From Candidatus Latescibacterota bacterium (GTDB lineage: Bacteria; Latescibacterota; UBA2968; UBA8231), in assembly GCA_965203175.1 (NCBI GenBank), contig OZ241867.1, positions 5,216,001 through 5,280,000 of the forward strand: a stretch of 64,000 nucleotides of DNA. Reading direction: 5' to 3'. Made by a program: the position numbers and the translations under genes. Positions 49,007-57,450 of the stretch are shown in pieces; the first letter of the stretch is position 1, and the number at the start of each line of letters is the position of its first letter. The notes beneath the pieces were generated by a model that was not told the DNA's origin, made no database searches, and saw only the letters and a program-made list of their open reading frames with translations.

Positions 49007-50266
49007 ATGGCCAAAAAACGCGGCAAACAACCTCCCATCCGCGTCGGCGTAGTCGGCGTCTGTCGCGGCCGTTCCTTCATGCAGGCGGCTGCGGCGACCG
49101 GCATGGAACTGGTCGCCATTTGCGACATTTGGGAGGAGCGCCTCATTGCAGAAGGCAAGGCGCTCAACGTGTCCACATTCGTCGATTACGAAGAATTCCT
49201 CGGCTGCGACATGGATGCGGTCGTGCTAGCCAACTACTTCCACCAGCACGCGCCGTTTGCCATCAAAGCGCTCAAAGCCGACAAACACGTAATGAGCGAA
49301 ACCGCAGCCTGCCACACCTTGGGCGAAGGCGTGGCGCTAGCGCGGGCGGTCGAGAAAAGCGGCAAGATTTACATGTTCGCCGAGAACTACCCCTACATGG
49401 TCTTCAATCAAGAGATGAAGCGGCTCTACCAACAGGGCCGCGTCGGCGACTTCAAATACGGCGAAGGCGAGTACGTCCACCCCGACCCACCCGAAGTGAA
49501 ACTGGCGCGCAGTTGCGGGCGCGACCACTGGCGCAACTGGATCCCCGCCACGTACTACTGCACCCATTCCATCGCCCCAGTCATGTACATCACCGACACT
49601 CGGCCCGTAAAAGTAAACGGCTTTGTCATCCCCTTTGACTTCGCGGACCCCACCCAAACGCTGCACATGAACCGCAGTGACACCGCTGCGGTAATCATCT
49701 GCCGGATGGACAACGACGCAGTGATGAAGTCGCTACACGGCGCACTGCGCGGCCACGGCAACTACGTCCGCATCCACGGTAACAAGGGGGTGATGGAAAA
49801 CTGCCGCCACGGCGACAAACAGCGGCTGCGCGTGTGGTACGAGCCGTGGGAAAAGCGCAAGAGCGATCCAGTCGAAACCGTGTACAGTCCCAACTTCCCC
49901 GTGCATCATGGCCTAGCGGTGCGCGCTGGCCACGGCGGCGGCGACTTTTTCACCAGCTACCACTTTGCCGAGGCCATCCGCACCGGCGAGCAACCCTATC
50001 TCGACGTGTACCGCGGCATCGACATGAGCATCGCCGGGATCCAAGCGTGGCGTTCGGCGCTGAACGACTCGGCACCAATGGAAATACCCGACTTCCGCCG
50101 CGAGTCAGTGCGCAAAAAATACGCCAAAGACGACTGGTCGCCCGATCCCGAGCGCAAAAAGAAAGGCCAGCCGCCGAGCAGTATCTTAGGAGCAATCGAA
50201 CCAGACCCCAAGGCGCAAAAACTGGCTCGTAAAGTCTGGGCAGACCAAGGCTATCTGGGCGATTGA
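49007..50266 (+). CDS. Gfo/Idh/MocA family oxidoreductase
   Basis: VGVVG Rossmann fold, HVMSE, AENY, GEGEYVH, YCTHS, GHGGGD. Confidence 0.88.
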   Translation: MAKKRGKQPPIRVGVVGVCRGRSFMQAAAATGMELVAICDIWEERLIAEGKALNVSTFVDYEEFLGCDMDAVVLANYFHQHAPFAIKALKADKHVMSETAACHTLGEGVALARAVEKSGKIYMFAENYPYMVFNQEMKRLYQQGRVGDFKYGEGEYVHPDPPEVKLARSCGRDHWRNWIPATYYCTHSIAPVMYITDTRPVKVNGFVIPFDFADPTQTLHMNRSDTAAVIICRMDNDAVMKSLHGALRGHGNYVRIHGNKGVMENCRHGDKQRLRVWYEPWEKRKSDPVETVYSPNFPVHHGLAVRAGHGGGDFFTSYHFAEAIRTGEQPYLDVYRGIDMSIAGIQAWRSALNDSAPMEIPDFRRESVRKKYAKDDWSPDPERKKKGQPPSSILGAIEPDPKAQKLARKVWADQGYLGD

Positions 50267-50270
50267 TTTT

Positions 50271-51512
50271 TCACAAAGCGCTCTTGGGACGCTCTTTGGT
50301 TGGATCAAAGAACGGCACCCGTACCACCTCAGCATCTACAATGCCGTCCTTTGGCAACTGAACCTTCACTTGAGTGCCTCTTCTCCAGTGCGACCGAGGC
50401 ATGACGGCCAGCGCTATGTTCGACTCCACATTCGGCGACCAGAAAGCACTGGTCACGTAGCCTACGTCATCGTCCGAATCGCGGTCCTTAACTAAGTAAA
50501 AGTCCTCGTTGTACCAAGTAATCGGCTCACCGCCGACCTTCAGGCCGACCAGTCGCTGCCCAACCCCTTCTTCCTTAATTCTGGCCAGCGCCTCTTTGCC
50601 AATGAAGTCCCCTTTATCCAAGTCCACCTGCCAGCCAAGCCGGACTTCAAATGGATTATTCTCTATATCCATGTCCTGGCCGTAAGACAAAATTCCCGCC
50701 TCTAGACGACGGACGTGACTGGGGGCGATCACACCCAAGTTGAACTCCTCTCCCTGTTCCAAGATATGCGGCCAAACATCGTCGGCATGGAGCATGGCCC
50801 CGTGCAGGTATATCTCAAACCCAACTTCGGCGGAGAAGCCCGTGCGCGAAATCGTGACCGCATGGCCGTTCAGCGTGTCGTGAATCAGGTGGTAGTATGG
50901 AATTTCCCTGATGTGGGAGCCGAACATCTTCTCCATCAGCAACACGGACTTGGGCCCCTGTATCTGGACTGGAGATACATCAATCTCGTGAATGTCAACG
51001 TCGAACTTGCCTGATGAGTTGACTCCCTGCGCCCAAAGCAGGAGATCCGAGTCGGAAATACTAAACCAGAAGTCATCGTCAGCCACCCGCAGCAACACCG
51101 GATCGTTTATGACGCCGCCGTACTGGTTACACAGAATCACATAACGGGCTTGCATGGTCGGCACTATGGTGTGTACATCGCGGGTGATGAGCATGTTCAC
51201 AAAATCCGCGGCGTCGGGACCCTTGATCTGGATCTGACGCTCGACTGCCACATCCCACATGCTGACATGTTCAGTCAGGTACTTGTACTCCGCAAACAGT
51301 CCTCCATCCTCAGGTTTGACGTACGCGCGCGGATGATACATGTGATTGTACGTCGTATATGCCCAGCAGCCTGCAGCCTTTGACAGATGCCACCACGGAG
51401 ACTTCCTGATGCGGGCAGATATTAACATCTGGGCATCGCTGTTGCCGCTCTGCCGGAGGTTAATCGGCAAGGTACGCCGCTTGAGACCGTCGATTACCAG
51501 AGTTTGTGCCAT
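50271..51512 (-). CDS. GcvT-family THF-dependent demethylase, DmdA-like
   Basis: ATG 51512 after GGAGG; YNHM, WDVAVERQIQIKGPDA, NDPV...ISDSDLLLW, SRTGFS..GFEIY, RRLEAGILSYGQD. Confidence 0.8.
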   Translation of the reverse strand: MAQTLVIDGLKRRTLPINLRQSGNSDAQMLISARIRKSPWWHLSKAAGCWAYTTYNHMYHPRAYVKPEDGGLFAEYKYLTEHVSMWDVAVERQIQIKGPDAADFVNMLITRDVHTIVPTMQARYVILCNQYGGVINDPVLLRVADDDFWFSISDSDLLLWAQGVNSSGKFDVDIHEIDVSPVQIQGPKSVLLMEKMFGSHIREIPYYHLIHDTLNGHAVTISRTGFSAEVGFEIYLHGAMLHADDVWPHILEQGEEFNLGVIAPSHVRRLEAGILSYGQDMDIENNPFEVRLGWQVDLDKGDFIGKEALARIKEEGVGQRLVGLKVGGEPITWYNEDFYLVKDRDSDDDVGYVTSAFWSPNVESNIALAVMPRSHWRRGTQVKVQLPKDGIVDAEVVRVPFFDPTKERPKSAL

Positions 51513-51574
51513 CTGAGAACCTCCAGTTGTTTGGATTTCTATATCAATTCGACGCGACGCAACAAGCAGGGGTT

Positions 51575-54043
51575 TCACGCCTTCATCTTCTTGCCTTCCG
51601 GGTCGTACAAAGGCTCTTGCTCAACTGTTGCTTGCAGACGCTCGCCAAAGTAGAGGATGTCAACGCTGGTCCCCACTTCAGTGTAGTTCATCGGCAGATA
51701 ACCATACGCAATGCCAAGGCCGATCGAGTGGCCGTAGTTGGCGCTCGTCACGTAGCCCAACACGCAGTCACCGTCCAAGATTAGCTCCTTGCCCATAACG
51801 ACGGCGTTAGGATCGTCCAGCGTCATACAGCACAGCTTGCGCGTCAGTCCTTGGGCGAGAATTTTCCGCAACGCGTCCCGGCCCAAGAAATCGCCCTTCC
51901 CCATCCTCACCGCGAAACCTATACCAGCCTCGTAAGGATTGTACTCAGTGTGGATGTCATTCCCCCACAGTCGGTAGCCTTTTTCCAAGCGCAGCGAATC
52001 GAAGGCACCTCCACCTGCTGCAACGACTCCGAACGGCTGACCCGCCTCCCACAGAACATCCCACAACCGCAAGCCCTGCTCGGCGGGCGCGTAGATCTCC
52101 CAGCCGAGTTCACCCACGTATGAGATTCGCAGCGCCAGTGCGGAAACCTCGGCTATCCGTATAGGCTTTCCGGTCAAGTAAGGAAAACCCTCGTTGCTCA
52201 CATCGTCCTCACAGACCCGGCTTAACAAGTCGCGCGCGCTTGGCCCCCATAAACCTATACAGCACAGCCCCGACGAAATGTCAGCTACCCCAACCGATCC
52301 GTCGTCCGCTAGCTGCTTCTGAATCCAGCCCAGATCGTGGTGTCCCATAGCTCCACCCGTGACCACCATAAAGCGCTTCTCACCCAGCCGCGTCACGGTC
52401 AGGTCGCACTTAATTCCGCCCCGAGGTGTGAGCATAGACGTGTATGTGATAGTCCCGACGGGCTTGTCCATCTGATTGGTCGCAAGGCGCTGGAGCGCAG
52501 CGAGCGATTCTTCTCCAGTCACCTCGAACTTGGCAAAGGGAGTAAGGTCGAACAGGGCTACTCGCTTGCGAGTGGCGACGTGTTCCGCTGCAATCGTCGG
52601 CGACCATTCTCGCGCCTCCCAGCCAGTTCGCGCTGCGCCGGTAACCGTGAGGGAGTCGAGCAGGCTCTCGTTTGCGGCGTACCACTGGGGACGCTCCCAT
52701 CCCGCGTTCTCAAAGAAGACGGCACCCAATTCCCGCTGTCGCGTATAGAACGGCGTCAGGCGGAGGTTGCGCGGGTTGGCTATCTGCTGGCGCGGGTGGA
52801 TGATGTCGTACACCTCGCGGTACTGTTGTGCAGCTCGGGCGCGGACGTAGGAGCGGCTGTACGCGTGCGGATGAAAGCGCCTTATGTCGCACTCCCGCAG
52901 ATCGCTGGTCGGCTCGCCATTTGCAATCCACTCAGCAACCGCCTTGCCAACGCCTCCAGCGTGTGTAATCCAGACGGCCTGCGCCGACCAAAAACCGCGC
53001 ACCTGGGGCGATTCGCCGAGTACGGGAAACCCATCGGTGGTAAAAGAAAAGAGGCCGTTGAACTTGCGCGTCAATCCCACGCCTTTGAGGCTCGGCAGCA
53101 CCTCTCCCGCCGCGGCCATCGCCTTCTCAAAGTGAGGCGGCGTAAACGGCATCTCGGCCGGAGCAACCGGCGCTTCCTCGTGGTCGAGAATGTCATTGGC
53201 ATCCACTAAAAGAGGTTCATGCTGATACGAGCCAATGCCGTAGCACTCGCCGACCTGCCGGAAGTACATAGCCTCGTCTTGGTGCCGCAAGAACGGCTGC
53301 GATATATCCTCAGCCGCACCAGCGAGTTCCCGCAGTGGCGTCGTAACTGCGTAGAGATGTTGCATCGGCGACAGCGGGATGGGCACGTCGGCAAGCCCGC
53401 CAACCTTTGGAGCCCAGATGCCGGTAGCAGCGACTACCAGGTCCGTCTGGATGTCGCCGCACGTAGTATGGACCGCCTTAATTCGTCCGTCCGCAATAGC
53501 AAAGCCAGTAACCTTGACGTTACTGTAAAACGTGGCACCATTCCGTTCTGCCTCTCGCGCCATCGCTTCAGCCGGCCTCGTCGCCTTCGTCTGGATGTCG
53601 GAAGGAACGTACAGCGCACCCAAAATGCGATCGGACAGCATTGGAATCCGGCTGCGAGCCTCGTCGGCGCTGAGGAGGTGGGCCTCCACGCCCCAACTCA
53701 TGCCATACCCGGCCTTGCGTTTCAGATCGGTGAGGCGCTCCTGCGTCCAAGCCACTTCAAGGCTGCCCACGCTCTTGGCGCACGGCTCGCCATCAAGTTC
53801 CAACTGGCTCCACAGGTCAACCGTATAGCGCGCGAAACCCGTCATGGTCTTCGACGGGTTGAGCTGAAAAACGAGGCCCGGGGCGTGCGAGGTCGAGCCG
53901 CCAGTCTCAAACAGCGGCCCTTGCTCGACGACGACGACATCCCGCCAGCCGAGTTTCGTCAGATGGTATGCGACGCTGCAACCTACGATGCCTGCGCCAA
54001 TGATGACGCCCTTAGCTTGCTGCGGCACTGTGGTATCAGACAT
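51575..54043 (-). CDS. Dimethylglycine oxidase/dehydrogenase (FAD + GcvT domains)
   Basis: IIGAGIVG, GGSTSHAPGLVFQ (covalent-FAD His), LRHQD, AVWITH, GWERP, SYVGELGWEIY, SLRLEKGYR; 822 aa. Confidence 0.88.
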   Translation of the reverse strand: MSDTTVPQQAKGVIIGAGIVGCSVAYHLTKLGWRDVVVVEQGPLFETGGSTSHAPGLVFQLNPSKTMTGFARYTVDLWSQLELDGEPCAKSVGSLEVAWTQERLTDLKRKAGYGMSWGVEAHLLSADEARSRIPMLSDRILGALYVPSDIQTKATRPAEAMAREAERNGATFYSNVKVTGFAIADGRIKAVHTTCGDIQTDLVVAATGIWAPKVGGLADVPIPLSPMQHLYAVTTPLRELAGAAEDISQPFLRHQDEAMYFRQVGECYGIGSYQHEPLLVDANDILDHEEAPVAPAEMPFTPPHFEKAMAAAGEVLPSLKGVGLTRKFNGLFSFTTDGFPVLGESPQVRGFWSAQAVWITHAGGVGKAVAEWIANGEPTSDLRECDIRRFHPHAYSRSYVRARAAQQYREVYDIIHPRQQIANPRNLRLTPFYTRQRELGAVFFENAGWERPQWYAANESLLDSLTVTGAARTGWEAREWSPTIAAEHVATRKRVALFDLTPFAKFEVTGEESLAALQRLATNQMDKPVGTITYTSMLTPRGGIKCDLTVTRLGEKRFMVVTGGAMGHHDLGWIQKQLADDGSVGVADISSGLCCIGLWGPSARDLLSRVCEDDVSNEGFPYLTGKPIRIAEVSALALRISYVGELGWEIYAPAEQGLRLWDVLWEAGQPFGVVAAGGGAFDSLRLEKGYRLWGNDIHTEYNPYEAGIGFAVRMGKGDFLGRDALRKILAQGLTRKLCCMTLDDPNAVVMGKELILDGDCVLGYVTSANYGHSIGLGIAYGYLPMNYTEVGTSVDILYFGERLQATVEQEPLYDPEGKKMKA

Positions 54044-54093
54044 CTCCTATGTCTCCCGAGTCAGCTCATCGGTTGCGATGCGGGCGTTTCCCC

Positions 54094-55185
54094 TCAGACA
54101 TCCATCGCCGGCGGTCCATCGTAGCCAATGCTCTGCCACCCGGCGACATCACCGCCCCTGAGGCGATAGGGATGCGGATACAGCTTGAGCGTGCGGTCCG
54201 CAAACGGCAGAGATACCCGCTCGTGTCCCCGATGAGCCGAGCGCACTAAGGCGATGGCCACTTCGAGCGAGTGGCGGTAGTCGTCTCCACTGCTATACGG
54301 CTCTGTGCCATCCCGATGGGCGCGCATCAGGCGCTCGATCGTATAGGTGAAGGCGTCGGCCACTGGCTGATCCAAAAAGTCGGGATATACCGGAGAAGCC
54401 GCCGCGCCGGTCCCCTCAATCAGCACGGGCCGTGGACGCGCCAAAAAGACCTGCCCGCACTCGCCAGTGACCGAGATAAAGGTCGGCACGCGACCATCCG
54501 GCTCAGGAGCGACGACCTCGCAGACGATGCCGCCGCTCAGCCCCAAGCGGCCGTACGCAGGCACATCCCCCTCCTCACTAGGAGTGCCTTCCGCCACGTA
54601 CCCCGGCACCGCCGGCAAGGTGTACCCTTCCACCCATTCCACGTCCATCCCAGTGAGGATGCGCAAAGCCGCAATCTGCACGCAACCACCGCCCGACACC
54701 TCAGTCGGCAACCCGCCCGGAATCGCCGCCGCCGTCAGCCGACCAATGTGCCCCTGCCGTACCCACTCGACCACATCGGGCATATACGGCGTCGCCCATC
54801 CAGCCTGAGCGCAGCCGAACAACGTGCCGTGCTCCCGGCAGATGCGGATTATTTCGTCGGCCTCGTGCAGTTCGTGAGAAATCGGCTTCTCGCAGGAAAC
54901 CACCCGCACGCCAGCGCGGGCGCATGCGGTGACACACGGGTAATTCTGGCCCACTGGAACCACTGCGGAGACAATGTCGGGCACTTCGGCCGCGAAAAGA
55001 CCATCGAGATCGTCGTACACCTTCTCCACGCCGTAGCGCTGGGCAATGGCATCCCGCCGCTCTCTAGCGCGATCGACGAGGCCGACAATCTCACAGTTGG
55101 GATGGGCGGCGTACGCGCGCGTATAATAGCGGCCCCACGTGCCGGCCGCACCGACGACGGCCACTCGGTATTGTCCATTAGTCAT
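54094..55185 (-). CDS. Gfo/Idh/MocA family oxidoreductase
   Basis: VAVVGAAGTWG, PDIVS, CEKP. Confidence 0.85.
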   Translation of the reverse strand: MTNGQYRVAVVGAAGTWGRYYTRAYAAHPNCEIVGLVDRARERRDAIAQRYGVEKVYDDLDGLFAAEVPDIVSAVVPVGQNYPCVTACARAGVRVVSCEKPISHELHEADEIIRICREHGTLFGCAQAGWATPYMPDVVEWVRQGHIGRLTAAAIPGGLPTEVSGGGCVQIAALRILTGMDVEWVEGYTLPAVPGYVAEGTPSEEGDVPAYGRLGLSGGIVCEVVAPEPDGRVPTFISVTGECGQVFLARPRPVLIEGTGAAASPVYPDFLDQPVADAFTYTIERLMRAHRDGTEPYSSGDDYRHSLEVAIALVRSAHRGHERVSLPFADRTLKLYPHPYRLRGGDVAGWQSIGYDGPPAMDV

Positions 55186-55199
55186 TGTTAGTCTCCTAA

Positions 55200-55228
55200 T
55201 TGACGAGAATAGAGGTCACAGTTATATT
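55200..55228 (+). promoter_or_regulatory. sigma70 promoter of the tyr leader-tyrS unit
   Basis: TTGACG(55200-55205)-17 nt-TATATT(55223-55228). Confidence 0.75.
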
Positions 55229-55244
55229 TTTGCGCGGAGAATAA

Positions 55245-55310
55245 ATGATGCAGAACCTACGCGCCGAACGCTACTACTACTATTACACCTCGCTTCATAG
55301 ACAGGGGTAA
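55245..55310 (+). CDS. Tyrosine-rich leader peptide MMQNLRAERYYYYYTSLHRQG
   Basis: GGAGA RBS at 55236-55240; ATG ATG; TAC TAC TAC TAT TAC at 55272-55286; TAA at 55308-55310; 79 nt upstream of tyrS. Confidence 0.88.
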   Translation: MMQNLRAERYYYYYTSLHRQG

Positions 55311-55342
55311 TGCGTTCGCTTTATCGTCTCAACCGCGTTTAC

Positions 55343-55370
55343 AAGCCCCTGATTACAGGGGCTTTTTTTT
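55343..55370 (+). terminator. Attenuator terminator (3:4 hairpin) upstream of tyrS
   Basis: AAGCCCCTG-ATTA-CAGGGGC followed by T8; its 5' arm can alternatively pair with CAGGGGT at 55302-55308. Confidence 0.88.
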
Positions 55371-55389
55371 ATGCCCATAAGGAAATGCG

Positions 55390-56637
55390 ATGAACATCAT
55401 ACCCGATCTTGAATTTCGCGGCTTGATCTACCAAGTCACCGACCTCGACGGCCTCGCCGAACGCCTCGCTGCCGGTCCGATCGTGCTCTACAATGGCTTC
55501 GACCCAACCGCCGACAGCCTGACGGTGGGCAACCTCGTGCCGATCCTACTCCTGCGCCGCTTCCAGCTCGCCGGCCACAAGGTCATCGCCTTGGCTGGCG
55601 GCGGCACCGGCCTGATCGGCGACCCAGGCGGCAAGACCGAGGAGCGCCAGCTCAATGCCGCCGACGTCGTGGCCAAGTGGACACAGCAGGTCAAAGCCCA
55701 GCTAGAGCGCTTCCTCGAATTCGACGGCCCCAACCCCGCGATCATGGTCGATAACCACGACTGGCTCGGCCAACTCGCGGCCATCGACTTTATGCGCGAC
55801 GTCGGCAAGCACTTTCCCGTCCCCTACATGCTGGCCAAGGACTCGGTCGCCTCGCGCCTGGAAACGGGCATTTCCTACACCGAGTTCAGCTACATGGCGC
55901 TACAGGCGTACGACTTTTTGGTCCTCAACGAAAAATACGGCTGCGAGCTGCAGACCGGCGGCTCTGACCAGTGGGGCAATATCACCGCCGGCACCGATCT
56001 GATCCGCCGCTCCGCCGGCAGCCGGGCCTTTGGCCTGACTTGCCCGCTAGTAACCAAAGCAGACGGCACCAAGTTCGGCAAGACCGAGGCCGGCACAGTC
56101 TGGCTCGACGCTGTTAAGACCTCGCCTTACCAGTTTTACCAGTTCTGGATCAACGCCGAGGACCAGAAGGTCGTCGCTCTCCTGAAAACGTACACCTTCT
56201 TGGAGCAGGACGCGATCCTCCAGCTCGCCGAGACCGTCCGCGACCAGCCCGAACGGCGCGAGGCCCAGCGCACCCTCGCCGCTGAGGCAACGACCATTGT
56301 GCACGGAGCCGACGCTGCTCGCCGGGCCGAACGCATCTCGCACGCGCTCTTTTACGGGGAATTTCAGGACCTATCCGAGGAGGAAATCCTCGAAGGCTTT
56401 GACGACGTGCCAACGCACGCGATGGGTCAGGAGGAATTAGGACTGGTCGATCTGCTCGTCGCAGCCGGCGTCTCACCCTCCAAGCGCCAAGCCCGCCAAG
56501 ACGTGCAAAACGGCTCGATCTACATCAACGGCGAGCGCTGCACGGACATGGCGCGGAGCATGCGGTGCCAAGAGGGCTTACACGGCAAATACCTAATCGT
56601 GCGCCGTGGCAAGAAGCAGTACACCCTCGTCTGCTAG
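55390..56637 (+). CDS. tyrS: Tyrosine--tRNA ligase
   Basis: YNGFDPTADSL, GGGTGLIGDP, EFSYMALQAYDF, QTGGSDQWGNI, KFGKT, C-terminal S4 domain RRGKK. Confidence 0.97.
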   Translation: MNIIPDLEFRGLIYQVTDLDGLAERLAAGPIVLYNGFDPTADSLTVGNLVPILLLRRFQLAGHKVIALAGGGTGLIGDPGGKTEERQLNAADVVAKWTQQVKAQLERFLEFDGPNPAIMVDNHDWLGQLAAIDFMRDVGKHFPVPYMLAKDSVASRLETGISYTEFSYMALQAYDFLVLNEKYGCELQTGGSDQWGNITAGTDLIRRSAGSRAFGLTCPLVTKADGTKFGKTEAGTVWLDAVKTSPYQFYQFWINAEDQKVVALLKTYTFLEQDAILQLAETVRDQPERREAQRTLAAEATTIVHGADAARRAERISHALFYGEFQDLSEEEILEGFDDVPTHAMGQEELGLVDLLVAAGVSPSKRQARQDVQNGSIYINGERCTDMARSMRCQEGLHGKYLIVRRGKKQYTLVC

Positions 56638-57101
56638 CTCTCAGGCTGCAAGAGCGATAAGAACTGCTCAAAGTCCTGCGCAAAATCGCGTTGGATGCAC
56701 ACGACTTTGGCCGCCAGACTCGCCACCTTGTCGGAATCCAAATCCGCGGTGTATGCGTGGCGAAACAGATGGCGGAATCGCCGCAATTCATCTAGGTCGG
56801 AAGCAGTTTCTGCGGACAGGAGCGCTGGGCGGATACCCTCGATCTCTAGCTGCATCCGCCTAATCATATCCGCGTGATATCTTGCTTCGTCGATTTGGTT
56901 CTCAAAGAATCGCGCTACTTCCTCGAACAACTGCTCAAACGCGCCATAAAGGTTGTGGAGCTGGTACCCCATGCTGTCCACCCCCTCGGCACTACGAGCA
57001 AACGTGCCTAGGCGTTCCTCGATGCGACCGCCGATGCGACTGATGTCTCGGACACGCGCTCGCAACCCCGCTTCGAGAACCGCGAAGGCCCCTTTATCCA
57101 T
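56634..57101 (-). CDS. HEPN-domain ribonuclease toxin (HepT-like)
   Basis: LHNLYGAFE and RFRHLFRHAY (RX4HxY). Confidence 0.85.
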   Translation of the reverse strand: MDKGAFAVLEAGLRARVRDISRIGGRIEERLGTFARSAEGVDSMGYQLHNLYGAFEQLFEEVARFFENQIDEARYHADMIRRMQLEIEGIRPALLSAETASDLDELRRFRHLFRHAYTADLDSDKVASLAAKVVCIQRDFAQDFEQFLSLLQPES

Positions 57102-57432
57102 ACACTTTGACTCCAGACTGAGTAAAGGATTGAGGGGAAGGATGCCGGTCGAGGTCGATTACGTCCACCTCTCTGCCGGTAACATCCTCCAGCGCTTTCA
57201 TTACTTCGAGCACAACAGGTGAGCAGCCTCCCACAGCCACGTCAATGTCGGACGACTCCCGCCAAGAATCGGGCGACCGCAGCGAGCCCACGATGTACGC
57301 GGCCTCAATTCCGAGAGGTTCCCGTAGCTCCAACAGGGTACAACGAACACAGTCGAGCAACTCGGCTTGCTCTGCCGCTAGCCGCTGGCGTCGCGCTCTT
57401 ATGGCCTCGTCGAGGATGCTGGTGTCGAACAT
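57094..57432 (-). CDS. Minimal nucleotidyltransferase antitoxin (MntA-like)
   Basis: VGSL...SDIDVAV (GSx10DxD), VDVIDL; overlaps the HEPN gene. Confidence 0.88.
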   Translation of the reverse strand: MFDTSILDEAIRARRQRLAAEQAELLDCVRCTLLELREPLGIEAAYIVGSLRSPDSWRESSDIDVAVGGCSPVVLEVMKALEDVTGREVDVIDLDRHPSPQSFTQSGVKVYG

Positions 57433-57450
57433 ACTTTCGCCGCTTGGGCT

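Noticed and set aside
50271-51512. Assigning the symbol gcvT or dmdA
   Set aside because: No gcvH/gcvP nearby, and substrate specificity cannot be determined from motifs alone.
55271-55286. (CTA)n microsatellite as a phase-variation tract
   Set aside because: It includes a synonymous TAT codon and sits in frame in an RBS-led ORF, consistent with selection for Tyr codons rather than slippage.
55230-55389. T-box riboswitch upstream of tyrS
   Set aside because: No GGTGGNACC T-box bulge or long specifier stem, and the leader is only about 155 nt. The poly-Tyr uORF explains the terminator better.
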